A stretch of DNA of 64,000 nucleotides from Octopus sinensis (GCF_006345805.1 NC_042998.1:144894001-144958000); one strand, 5' to 3'. Counted from the first letter of the stretch, positions 38,179 through 50,399 are shown. The notes: a model not told the origin generated them from the sequence alone. Made by a program: numbers and translations.

Positions 38179-38751
38179 TAATAATAATAATTGCCCTGAT
38201 GCAGTACCAGGCAGTGGCTCTCATGGCTTCTGATCATACTGATTGGAAGTGTTATCATGTACATTGTTTTGTCATGGTATAAAAAATGGGCTACAGCAAA
38301 TATTCTGCTCAATACCACAGATTTGCTTGTCAGTTGTTTGACCTTAACCAGTTGAGCATATCCCTTAGTGACTGACGATATGTGCATCTCTGATCACAAG
38401 CAGAAGTAGTGGGAGAGCATCATAGCCACGTGTTGAGAGGGATTCTTTGGGGTTTGAATAATTCACCTCTGGGGACATGGGTGTTTCGTTCAACAACCCT
38501 TATTCAGGAACCTTTTGAGCAGGACGGGTTACTTGACCAGAAGAAAATTCTAATTGAGCCGCCACCCGCAAGGTCATGTGCTGTTTATCTTGATATGAGA
38601 TCACCATGTCGCGCACTTATGGTTGTGATGCATGTGCCTAGTGTACCCTTATCAGACGGGTAGTCATGATGGGTAATCTGGGCTTCGTATATTTTACCCC
38701 ATTGTCACTTTGATGGCATGCACTGCTCTCTCACTCAATAATAATAATAAT

Positions 38752-39180
38752 CATCATCATCATCATCGTTTAACGTCCGCTTTCCATGCTAGCATGGGTT
38801 GGACGGTTCAACTGGGGTCTGGGAAGCCTGAAGGCTGCACCAGACCAGTCAGATCTGGCAGTGTTTCTACAGTTGGATGCCCTTCCTAACGCCAACCACT
38901 CCGAGAGTGTAGTGGGTGATTTTATGTGCCACCGACACAGGTGCCAGGCGAGGCTGGCGAACGGCCATGCTCGGATGGTGTTTTTTATGTACCACCGACA
39001 CAGGTGCCAGACGAGGCTGGCGAACGGCCACGATCGGATGGTGTTTGCTACGTGCCCACAGCACGGAGGCCAGTCGATGCGGTACTGGCTACGGCCACGT
39101 TCGGATGGTTTTCTTATGTGCCACCGGCACTGGTACCACAAAGATACAAATTCCATTGATGTTCATCGATTTTGATTTGG
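38752..39180 (-). mobile_element. RTE LINE 3' UTR copy (same family as 37075, fewer 62-bp units)
   Basis: Near-identical to 37075-37310 and 37500-37690. Confidence 0.85.
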
Positions 39181-39277
39181 TTTAATCATATAATATATTT
39201 ATAGACAATTTCGACTTTATAATGGACAATATATTTTTAGATATACTTACACATGCATACACACTCTCATGTGTACA

Positions 39278-39366
<89 letters not shown>

Positions 39367-39369
<3 letters not shown>

Positions 39370-39640
39370 CATCATCATCATTTAGCGTCCGTTTTCCATG
39401 CTAGCACATGGGTTGGATGGTTCAACTGGGGTCTGTGAAGCCAGAAGGCTGCATCAGGCCCAGTCTGATCTGGCAGTGTTTCTACGGCTGGATGCCCTTC
39501 CTAACGCCAACCACTCCGCGAGTGTAGTGGGTGCTTTTTACGTGCCACCCGCACAGGAGCCAGATGGAGCTGGCAAACGGCCACAAACGGATGGTGCTTT
39601 TATGTGCCACCGGCACGGGGGCCAGGCGAGGCTGGCAACT
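39367..39640 (-). mobile_element. RTE LINE 3' tail fragment
   Basis: Same tail motif and GTGCCACC units; further copies at about 10250-10500, 46650-46825, 53850-54530 and 57560-57980. Confidence 0.75.
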
Positions 39641-39974
39641 CATATATATATATGAGTTACTCATTTGATATATCTTTCCTTTTCTCTCTCATCCTTGTCT
39701 ATATATTTGCCTCTCTCTGTCTTCCTGTAAAGTTTATGCCAGTGTGGATGTACATATGTCTGCACATTCATAACTATACAACACATCCTTCTCTGTCTCA
39801 TCTTTCCCCATGTCATTTTTTTCCCCTTTTTCCCTCCCTTTTTATCGAAATACCTCTCTCTCTCTCTCTCTCTCTGCTTCTCTTCAGGTTGAGCTCCTTG
39901 TTTCTCTCTGTCTTCCTATCTCTGTCTCTCTATTTTGCTCTCACTTTTCCCCTCCCTCTCCCACACCCTTAGCA

Positions 39975-42060
39975 TAGATGTCATGGAATTGGTCAACAAA
40001 AGAATTGCAGTTGTTTGTATGAACTGCTGCTGCAGGAGATCCCTCCAAAAACATCATTGCAGCAGCTTTCCCAGAACCACAGCCCAAACAGAGCAGAAAA
40101 AATGCAAATTCCTCCATTCCTATGTTCTAATTAGACAGCACATGGATACCCTTGGCATCATCCTGGAAAACAGCTGCACCAAGGATGACAGGAAAGATAG
40201 AGATAGCCTCCAGGGCCCAGCAGTCTCTCAAAAGAATAAAACCAAAGCCACAACTGAGAGGCCTGTAAACGAGGGAAACAATGATACTGGCCCAGCCCCC
40301 AACACATTAGAAGACCAAAGATTTGAGAGGGTCGAAAAAGGAAAAGACAAACATAAAACTGACAGAACAAAAGCTGTCAGAAGCAAAGAATGAGGAATAA
40401 AGAAAGGGAAAAAGAACAAAAAACATTGGAACAAAACCGAAGACCCTCAACAAAATCTACAGGAGTTACAAGGGCAAAAGCAGAAGCATCTGCAAATTTT
40501 ACCTGCAAGGGAACTGCTCGAACAGTGATGGTAGTTCCCCAAATCATACAGGTAAGTTTAAAGACAGCCTAGTAAAGACAGAAGTTCTCACCAAACTGGA
40601 ACAACAAATCAGTGTATTCCTTTTGGAATCTGGGATGGCCTGGAGGCCAAACGCTCCCAGGAATGACACACCACCAGTAAGCACAGGCAGAGTCCCTGAT
40701 CCACCTTACCAATGCTTCTTTCATGGAGCAAACTGTGCTGCAACCAATCAGGGTAAATAGTATACAGAATCTCTGCTTCACAAACAATATGGACATTATC
40801 TATAATGTTTAAGTGACATCAACGCTGGTCTCAGATCACAACATAATAGAGCTGCTTATGTACGGACCAAAAGCACAATTGTTAAAGAGGACAACAAATG
40901 CAAAGCACCCAAAATCTCTCCAAACTAAATTTTCATAAAGCAAACTGGAAGTTGATTGAGAAAGATCCTCAAACAGGATTGGCCTAGATGTCTCTCCACA
41001 CCAGACATTGACATGAAACACAAACATTTCATGTCCATAATGCAAGCCATATGTGACAAATCTGTCCCAGTGTGTAGAGCCAACATATACAAAAACAGGA
41101 TCTCTAGGGAAAAGAAGATTCTTATGAGATGACGGACAAAAATTGTGAACCACCTGAGCAAGCACCACAAAAGTCGTGAGAAGTCTCACCTGGAGATAGT
41201 GTTATTAGAGACTGAGAAAAGTCTGCATCAATCTCAGGAAAAGGAGAGAGCAGATAAGGAAGCTTGGGTCACAGAAAATATCAAGTCAAACCTTAAAGCC
41301 TTCTTTAACTTAATTAAAGAAACAGCCTCAATACGCCACAAGATAGGACCCTTCTTCCAAAGTGTGTTCACTACACCTCTGGGAAACAGGCAAGTGAACA
41401 AACCAGCAGAATTCTTTGCCACTTTACTTGTAACCAAAGATATGAAAATTGGTTACATCAACATTGAAGAAGATGCAGCACTAGCCATAGATGAGGTTGA
41501 CACAAGCTCAGCTGCTGGCCCTGATGGATTCCCAGTGATCCTTCTCAAATTGTGCAAATGAGCCCCTGCAAAACCACTGCCGCTTCTTTTTCAGAGCTTT
41601 CTTGCAAGTGGTAGCTCCCAGACAAACTGAAGGAAGGGGTAATATGTCCTATCAATAAGGGAGGAAGTAGAGCAAATGCAAAAATAATAGGCCTATCTCT
41701 CTGACCTCACACACAAGCAGTCATGGAACAAATAGTCTGCAAAAAATTAATCACATTTCTTGAAGAAAGTTACTTGCTGACTGACACCCAGCATGGATTT
41801 CAACTAGGTGGAAGCTGCCTAACACAGCTCTTGCAACACTACGACTGGGTGTTAAAACAGCTGCTAAATGATTTAAGTGTGGATATGATGTACCTCAACT
41901 TTACAAAAGCCTTTGACAAAGTCAACCATGGTATGATATGTTACAAACTGAATGATCTCCGCATAGTTAGAAAACTTGGAGTGGCTGCATGACTTTCTAA
42001 AAGATAGATGTCAAGCAGTGGTGGCCACATGTGGTCTCTGCCTGAAGGAAGCCCTCAAAA
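39975..42060 (+). mobile_element. CR1/L2-group LINE, decayed (ORF1 scrap, APE and RT)
   Basis: MEQIVCKKLITFLEESYLLTDTQHGFQLGGSCLTQLLQHYDWVLKQL..VDMMYLNFTKAFDKVNHG (RT domains 1-3), SSAAGPDGFPVILLKLCK, WVTENIKSNLKAFF. Confidence 0.85.
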
Positions 42061-42375
42061 TCTTAATTCATGATTCACCATAATTACTCAATAAACAACA
42101 CGAAGCATTCTCTACATGTAAATATAAGTCCTATCGTACCTTTATGTTCTTCCATAGATCAAAATGCAAGCAAAATCAACACGCATAACACTTGCCTATA
42201 TACATCCACAGTCATGTTTTTTTCTTCTTTTCTTTCATCTATCAGCATAAGTATCTTAGAAGCTAGCCGGCTGCAATAACCTTGTTAATTTTTAATCTTT
42301 TATCTATTTAATTGTATTTTTATTCCTATATATATATTATATATATATATATATAATATATATATATATTATATA

Positions 42376-42836
42376 TATATATATATATAAAATATTATTA
42401 GAGACAAAACCACTATTTTGCAAAACAAACAAGGAAAGACTTAATCAATACATAAAATTTTAATAAATAGTCAAAAAAACCGCCACTACAATCGTTTCTT
42501 GTCTTGATCGACAATCTTCAGGTGGACTTCCAATCTAAAAAAATCAATATTTTAAAATATAAAAATAATAATTTTAAAATAATTAAAGTATGAATGAAAA
42601 AATATAAGTATATAATCCATATATAACCTATATATAATCAATATATAAACAATATATAAACTAAAAAAAAAAACCTATCAACAATTAAATATAAAATATA
42701 AAATATAAAATATAAAATATAAAACAAAACAAAAAAATAATAATAATATAATAATAAACTATATATACACCCATACACATATACCTAATTATATATAACC
42801 ATATCTAACTACATACACTAAATCACACACCTATAT

Positions 42837-42870
<34 letters not shown>

Positions 42871-43810
42871 TAATAAAAAAATAAAACATATGCATATATA
42901 TAAACATATATGTACGTACCTACCTCTACATGTACATATACACGCATATATGAGTACAGGACACCAAAAGGACGTCGAACACAATGAGAAACGAAAACAT
43001 AGACTCAAGCCAAAGGAACTGGACATTTTTTAAAAACGGCAAAAAAATAGAGTACAGGACAATTAACACAAAGAAAAAACCCCTTCTTCAGTCGCTAAAG
43101 GTTTCATCTACTCTACGTTTCGAAGGATAAAAGCGAGACATATCTTCGACAAGAAACTTTCCTTCCTGCGAAAAGCAAATCAATTAAAATTCTGAGATCT
43201 TTTCGCAGAGGGGTAAAAAATGGTAACAAAAACAGGACAGTAACGACAGTACAAATTATAAACAGTAAAAGAGAGGACAAGGAAAAACAAGATAAGAAGG
43301 GCTGTTAACGCCGAACGAAAAAAAGTATTGCGAACGCAGAATTTTTTATGAACGACGAGCAGAGCAAAAAGAATGTCGTCCATTACCTTGAGAGGGCCAG
43401 GCCAGAGAGACAGCAGCGGAAGTGAACGACGGGAAGGGGGGGAGGAGGAGCAAGAGAAAGGGAGAGAAGGGGAATGGCTGCGAGGAAACCATGAAGAATG
43501 GAGAGGGGGAGAGAGAGAGTGAAGAATGAGAGAGAGGAAGAGACAAGTTAAGTAGAGGAAAAGGAAATCACAGAATGAAGGCTGAGAAAGGGATGGGACA
43601 GAAAGGTTAAGAGTACGTATCAAAGTTAATATTAAGAACAAAAACTTGATATAAAGAACAATCTTACTTAAGGGGGTGCATGTGTTTCATCATATAATAT
43701 ATTAATATATAAAATAAAACATATGCATATATATAAACATATGTACGTACCTACCTCTACATGTACATATGCACGCATATATGAGTACAGGACACCAAAA
43801 GGACGTCATA
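42376..43810 (-). mobile_element. Penelope-like non-coding remnant with about 95-bp direct repeats and a hammerhead
   Basis: Direct repeat ATAAAACATATGCATATATATAAACATA..TGAGTACAGGACACCAAAAGGACGTC at about 42881-42976 and 43714-43807; bounded by (TA)n; hammerhead at 42483-42525. No RT or GIY-YIG ORF seen. Confidence 0.6.
42483..42525 (-). ncRNA. Minimal type I hammerhead ribozyme, canonical core
   Basis: Minus strand CCAC-CUGAAGA-UUGUC-GAUCAA-GACAA-GAAAC-GAUU-GUA-GUGG: 4-bp stem I, 5-bp stem II, near-palindromic stem III (ACGAUUGU), GUA cleavage triplet. Confidence 0.7.
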
Positions 43811-44438
43811 TATATATATATTCCTTAAGTTAGACATCTATTTCTAGCATTTTAGCTATCCTTACTGACCACTGAACTAAATATTCTTTCTAACCACACC
43901 AAACCTAGAATTCATCTATTTAATCAATAACCATAAATGCCTTCCTCCACCACTATACCCCCACCCCCCGTAAACCCTGATCTCTCACCCCAAACCTACC
44001 CATAGGAAGAATAATACTGGCATCTTATCTTTATTTTTTATTTTACTTTAAATTCACATTCATCCCCGCCCTCCTGCACCTATCCCATTCCTTTCTTTTC
44101 TCTCTTCTATCCACTCACTCACAACCCCTATCTATCTATCATGATGCCTGTCTTTCTCACTCTATATACCCACATGGACCATTTTCATACCAGCTAACCA
44201 CTTAATCTATTCCTTCAATATGAATGTAATATTCAAAATACTGTCCTTATACTTAAGGAGCTGTACCTTCATGGAAGTATGGACCAACCTCCAAACCCTC
44301 TATAAGAAGATGAGCTATGAACTTTATTCTCCTGTCTGTATTTTTCTACCTACTGTTTTACTCTTTATTCTTCTATCTACTATTTTATTCCTTTATACAC
44401 TGTGAATTCTGTCTAGAACTTTCCTACATACTCACCAT

Positions 44439-44514
44439 GTCTCTGAAGACAGAATACTCAGTGTATGGAGATGCTAACCTATCACTTGGGATATCCTAGA
44501 AACAGCTCTAAATC
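44439..44514 (+). ncRNA. Decayed hammerhead motif with long stem II (probably inactive)
   Basis: GUCU-CUGAAGA-CAGAAUA...GGGAUAUCCUA-GAAAC-AGCU-CUA-AAUC; G16.2 is lost and stem I is broken; homologous to 47143-47198. Confidence 0.45.
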
Positions 44515-44827
44515 ATCCAATAATTAATTAATTGATTGATTGATTGATTGATTGATTAATTAACTAATTAATAACTTTAAATTCACCTTACTCTAATTAA
44601 ATATTCTAAATGACTTGAGACATTCATCCTGCATTGGGTTTTTTCGTTAATATATACCTGCTAACTCGGAAGCCTACTATAGATCCCGAGCTCCAGCCTC
44701 AGCTGTGAACGTGGAAACTAACAGATGACCAATTATAGCACTTACATAGTGTACCTATTCATTTAGATCACCAGTGAGCTAAACCCCCTCATATTCTCTT
44801 CCCTTCATACACACACACACACACACA

Positions 44828-45699
44828 CAGGGTGCAGTGAATAAACTCTCATCTAAATTACGCAAAAATGAAAATAACACTGACATCTCATTTTAACAGC
44901 TATATTTACCAAAATTACTTGAAAACATCTTGAAATACTAAAGAGTAAATTTATTCAATAAAATCGCCATTGGCTTCAACCATGGCCTCAAGATGACTTC
45001 GGAATCTCCTGCAACTCTTTTTGACAGTCTCTTTGTTTAAGTTGGTGAATGCTGCCATAATCTTTGCCTTCAGTTCATCTTTGGTGTTACAAAGAGTTTT
45101 GTTGGTCTCTTGCTCAACTGTGCCCCACACATAATAATCAAGGGGGTTGCAATCTGGAGAGTTAGGTGGCCAGATGTTAGGGGTAGTGTGGTCACAGAAA
45201 TTATCTGACAGTCATAACTGGGTTTTCCTGCTTGTGTGGTATGATGCAGAGACCTGTTGCCAAGCATAGTATCTTCCAGCAGCCACTCTCTTGACCCAGG
45301 GCAGCATGACCTCCACCAGGCCCTTGATGTAAGCCTCTGTGTTGATTCTGAGGCCATGTGGAAAGATGAATGGAGGCATAACATTGCCATCACTAGTGAT
45401 CACTCTGAACACCATAATGTTGACTGGATGTTTGATTTTTATCACTCCCAGTACATGTCTTCAGATTGACACTCAAACACTCTAAAATGTTCACTTTAAT
45501 GTTTCCAGGGCAAATGCCAAGCAGGACAGCATGTCATTTCCAAACTTCTGGTAGAGTGAATTGCATCATGGTGCCGTTTGTTTCAGATGGTGCCCAACGA
45601 ACCCTACTATACTGTGTAGTTGACAAAATCAAAAACAAACAATGCACATGCATGAAATTAAAAATAATGAAATGGCAACAATTTACCCATCACACTTTG
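44828..45699 (-). mobile_element. Tc1/mariner maT-type (DD37D) element lacking its N-terminal part
   Basis: Minus-strand KHPVNIMVFRVITSDGNVMPPFIF..WQQ(V)SASYHTSRKTQL*LSDNFCDHTTPNIWPPNSPDCNPLDYYVWG; 37 residues separate the second catalytic position (mutated D to V) from the third D. Degenerate TIRs CAGGGTGCAGTGAATAAA / ATTTACCCATCACACTTTG-TA. Confidence 0.8.
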
Positions 45700-45871
45700 T
45701 ATGTATGTATGTATATATATACACACACACACACATTTCATACAGTGCTTGTGCGTGTGTATACACACACACGTGCATACACCTATCATTCACAGACATC
45801 CCAACAGACCCAAAGCAGATGAGGCCCTTTAGTTCCTCATCTAAGAGATGTTAACTCCATACAAATCCTGC

Positions 45872-46264
45872 ATCCTGTAACTACTGGGCTTGTGGGACTG
45901 CACACAAACCATATTCATCATGAAAGTTGCTCAGCAAGCCAAGACTACCACACCAATATCATCACACTTTCTTCATAAGTCCAGTGGCAGCAGGGAAAGC
46001 AGTGAAAGGAACAGGAAGAGAATGCTACTGGATGTCTTCAGTTTGACCCTGCACACAGGTGGCCATATAGTGATGATTGTTTTCAGTCTAACATTGTGAA
46101 GGATTAAAGTTGAAAACTTCCAGTAGCATCTTCTACTTGTTCCTGTCACCACATGTGATGTTATTGGTGCTGGGGTCTTGGTTTGCTGAATGACCTGCAC
46201 AATAAATATTATTTTAGTGGTCATGGTTTGTGCACAGTCCCACAAACCCAGTAGTTATCAGGAT
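45872..46264. repeat. Imperfect foldback (inverted repeat) element with arms of about 165 bp
   Basis: ATCCTG-TAACTACTGGGCTTGTGGGACTGCACACAAACCAT at the left matches the reverse complement of ATGGTTTGTGCACAGTCCCACAAACCCAGTAGTTATCAGGAT; the inner GGAACAGGAAGAGAATGCTACTGGA / TCCAGTAGCATCTTCTACTTGTTCC segments also pair. Confidence 0.8.
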
Positions 46265-46826
46265 ATACCTTTCAAAGTAAATTACAGACAGTTATCTGTT
46301 GGCCAGCTGTAAGATACAGCATACATTATCACCCAATCATGAGTGACAATTTAAAAGCACAGGGTAGCATGTTCATTCCAGGCCTGGATACAAAAAGCCA
46401 TTGCTATATTACACAAGAATGATAAATAAATCTGGTAGGGTTTTTTTCCCCCAATGTGTTGGAGGAGGGGGGGCAGATAGCTAGATAGATGCAGGCATGG
46501 TTGTATCAGTCGCTTTAGAACCATAGAGTTAGGGCTTTGGTAATACTACATAGGTGTCAGATAATGTCCTAAACTATAGCTGTGGGACAGCCAATACTGT
46601 GAGTGAAACTGGCAGAAAACTGAGGAAGTCTATGTATATATATGTATACCATCATCATTTAACGTCCATTGTCCAATGCTGGGATGGGTTGGACAGTTTA
46701 ACCAAAATTGGCAAACTGGAGAGCTCCACCAGACTTCAGTTTGATCTGACATGGTTTCTATAGCTAGATGCCCTTCTTAACATCAACTACTTTACAAAGT
46801 GTGCTGGGTGTTTTTACGTGGCACCA

Positions 46827-46834
46827 TATATATA

Positions 46835-46917
<83 letters not shown>

Positions 46918-46920
46918 ATA
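46827..46920. repeat. Long (TA)n microsatellite; another (TA)n-(GA)n compound tract at 47467-47559
   Basis: Directly visible. Dozens of shorter (TA)n, (CA)n, (GA)n and (AAT)n tracts occur across the window. Confidence 0.95.
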
Positions 46921-47055
46921 TGGGGGTTTAGTTCACAGGTGATCTAAACAACTAGGTATGCTAGGTAAGTGCTGTTACAGATTACCAAGGCTCCAAGGTT
47001 ATAGCTGAGACAGTAGTTATGGAGCCATTGTAGATTTCTGATATAGCGGATATAT

Positions 47056-47463
47056 AATTGTTAAAGAGGACAACAAATGCTAAGGCAAGACAACACCTCA
47101 AGTCATATCCATTATTATTATTATTATTGGGAAAAATTCCAAGTCTTACAGCTGTTTCTGGGGTATCCCAGAGTATGGGATATTCTGTCATCGAAGACAA
47201 ATAGGGAAAATGAGAAAGGTATCGATTAATGAAATGATGACAGAGGACAGGAGAAAAGGAATAGTGAGATGAAGAAAGAAAAGAAAAAAGAAACCTAAAA
47301 GTTCACAGTTCAACTTTCTGATTATGTAGAAGTAAGGAGGTATAATCTTGTGTAAATCCATGTAAGTTAAAGTCCTGATTTTGTCAATATCCAGAAATAG
47401 TCGCAAACATATCAAAAATCAATAAAATGTATATGACTTGAGATGTTTGTTGTCCTCTTTAAC

Positions 47464-47467
<4 letters not shown>
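47056..47467 (-). mobile_element. Penelope-like foldback remnant with a degenerate hammerhead (47143-47198)
   Basis: Inverted termini AATTGTTAAAGAGGACAACAAA (47056) / TTTGTTGTCCTCTTTAACAATT (47446-47467) and CTCAAGTCATAT / ATATGACTTGAG. Minus strand GUCU-UCGAUGA-CAGAA-UAUCCCA-UACUC-UGGGAUA-CCCA-GAAAC-AGCU-GUA-AGAC. Confidence 0.65.
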
Positions 47468-47562
<95 letters not shown>

Positions 47563-47812
47563 AAAACTGAAAATATTCAGATAGTCTTTTAGTTAATGGC
47601 ACACTGAATTAAGGAAAAGGAGTAAAGAAATTATTCTGCTCAATTTCCCATTTAAAAAAAATCTATTTGCCTGGAGTCTCAAAATAATCATAACAGACAG
47701 CTCAGAAGAATAATTTGAGAGAAACTGAAAGCCAATGAGTTATAATCAAATTCAAAAAACAATTTAAAAGATCATAATGTAGCAACTATTTCTTTCCCCT
47801 TATTATATACAC

Positions 47813-47843
<31 letters not shown>

Positions 47844-49769
47844 ATATATATATATATATATATATATAAAATCAAAATTTCCTGAAAACAAATCTATAAA
47901 AATGAACTTATTGTTAAATTTATTTTATATAAAAATAATATATTACAGAATTTGTTCTGTGCTGCTCAATATTTTGCTGCATGAAGATTTGCAACATTTT
48001 TCTCTCTATAGTTATAGTAGAATGAGAAGCAATTAAGATAGTGAAATCAGGAGCCTCAAGAGTATAAACTAAGAGGCTGGAAGCATCTGAATAAGTAAAA
48101 TGGCTCTGACTTGTTTAGCTAATTAGTTAATTAACGAAGGTGCTAATCGCACTGATTAGCAATTCTGTGCTATTATTAACTGCTATAAAGACAAGGAAAA
48201 CATGCATGAGTGTGTGTGAGGCAGGGGAACCACACAGAAAGAGTAAATTTAATAAGCCAGGTAATAAAATTAGAGAGAATAATAGCAGAATAGTTGCTAT
48301 TGTTGTGTAGCACACCATAAAACTGTACTTAAGTAAATTTATAATACAGACAATGATCTGATGTTAAGGAACTACTAGCAATTTTAGCATCATAATGTGT
48401 ATGCAATTGTACAATATTCAAGACAGTAGTTTAGTTAAGTTAAGCATCAATTAGTGTTAATCAGTGTTCTAACAGTGATCATGCCATCCTTATTAAGAGT
48501 ATATTATTTTAAGATTTAAAATTTAAGAACATAGGGTCTTCATTTTAAAGATACTAGGAAGTAACTGCAATACTGAACTTAGTAGGCAACTATATAGATA
48601 CTCCATCAACTTTATAATAGGACTGTGTTTAGTGAGTATTACATGGTGAGGTTGTAATGCAAATTGCTACAGAATATGGCAGCAGAGGGGGTATCCTGGT
48701 GTCATGACCTGCAGATGGCCTGGCCCCTCAGAGTGTAAGAAGTTAATTAAGGGCTGAAACACTTGCATGAAGTGGGGCTTCTCTGAAGACCTGCTGTTCA
48801 GCTCTCCCTAGAATTTCTTACTACCCGAGGTCTATTCTACAATACTGAATCATTTTTTTTTTTGTTTTTTTTTGTTAATAACATGAATCATGAAGCAACA
48901 GTTAGCTAAGCAGACTGAGCTAAAAAGATATCTTACTTAGGAACACAGATATTCTTTCTGAAATAACTTATTTTGAAGTGAAAATTGCATTAAGTGAAAC
49001 TTGTAGAATTTAAACTCAAAAAATTTGTGTCAGGTGTTGACTCCTCAACTAATTAACTTTTTGTCTTGAATCATTGCCAGTTTACAACCACCTTCCATGC
49101 TGGCATGGGTTGGAGGGATCATTAATGTAAGTGTTGAAAGTGCTCAATAACCTAGGGAATGAATATTTGCTCAGGTGGAGAGAGAGAGAGAGAGCAATGA
49201 CACCAGAAAGACCAGATTAGGTAGGAGGGTGGAAGAAAGAAGAGAATGATGGGAAGGAGGCAGGAATATATAAGGATGATGTTAGGTGGACAGTGGGTGA
49301 CAAGATGGCAGCAAGTGGAGGTTGAGAGGTGGTTCAAAGGAGAGTATATGCTGGCTGATAGCACAACAGGATGAAGTTAGTAAGTATACAGAAGGAAGTG
49401 TGCATGTGTATATAGGTGTGTGTGTGAGTATGTATATGTGTGTGTGCATATAAACACAAAAGAATGAAGAATTATACATTTTTAATTAGCTTATGATATA
49501 GTAATCATGCATATTAATCAATCTCATATTTGATTGACTCAGAAAATAATAGTAACAAGACCACTCACAGAGCACAAACCTCCGCCAAAGAAACACCACC
49601 ATCCTCTCAATGATTAACCAGAGATGATTTTTAAAATGAGAATATCTGAAATAAACTTGACTGCTCTCACAAACAAGAATACTAAAAATGAACCTGACTG
49701 CTCTCAAAAATTAAGTAAAAAAAAAAAACGGAAAAATAATCCAGAATCCTTGTCTGGTACCCGATTGAT

Positions 49770-50110
49770 TCCACTTGTAGTCATGGAATGTGAAAGTGGG
49801 TGTGCGGGCCGAGTTTGTAATGCTCTGTGTGTGTGTCGTCTGCAGTGGGAACAGAGACAGTTTTCTTTATGAAGGCCTTTTTTAGTCTATCCAATGATAT
49901 AGTGTCTTTACGACCATTAAGGTCTATAGTGAAAACTTTATTCATGCAAGAAAGAAAACAGAAAGGACCTGCATACAGTGCTATTAATGAAGGTTTACCA
50001 ACATCATTGCACACAAAAATGCAAGTCCAAGAAGTAAAGCTTAATTCAAGGCAGAGCTAGAAATGCAATTGTCAAGTAGGTAAGAGGTTTTAAACAGGAG
50101 CGATATATTC
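49770..50110 (-). mobile_element. Gypsy/Ty3 integrase C-terminal fragment
   Basis: LYAGPFCFLSCMNKVFTIDLNGRKDTISLDRLKKAF matches the GPF/Y motif ending in VSIDRLKP. Confidence 0.7.
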
Positions 50111-50399
50111 AAAATTGGTAAATCTAAAAACTGTTAAGGATAAATCAAATTTATTATTGTTACTAAATATGTTAGTGTTATTTAATTTTGGAACAGTTTT
50201 GGTGCCGTTTGTTTATGTATGATTTCTTTATCTATCAGTTTCTACTAAGATAGATAGGTGAGTAAAATTATAATAGAAAAACGAAAAAGCTTTGGAAACA
50301 GTAATGCTGCCATAGCTTACATGGAAACCATGAGCATGCTTTCAAGGGAGATGATCAGAGAAAGACTTGAAAGTGAACATAATACTTCATATAAATGAA

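Noticed and set aside
39935-40393. 152-aa ORF, one of the longest complex ORFs in the window
   Set aside because: It lies at the 5' end of the decayed CR1-type LINE (ORF1 region) and starts in a (CT)n tract.
43081-43130. Minus-strand GAAACGUA ... CUGAAGA, a possible type II hammerhead
   Set aside because: Stem II is out of register (A10.1 opposite C11.1) and stem I cannot be paired next to the core.
45818-45842. AGATGAGG/CCTCATCT hairpin resembling a hammerhead half
   Set aside because: No CUGANGA or GAAA in the required positions.
48660-48900. Possible LTR or polypurine tract (GAGGGGGTATCC-TG) belonging to the Gypsy fragment
   Set aside because: Orientation is opposite to the integrase scrap and there is no second LTR or TSD.
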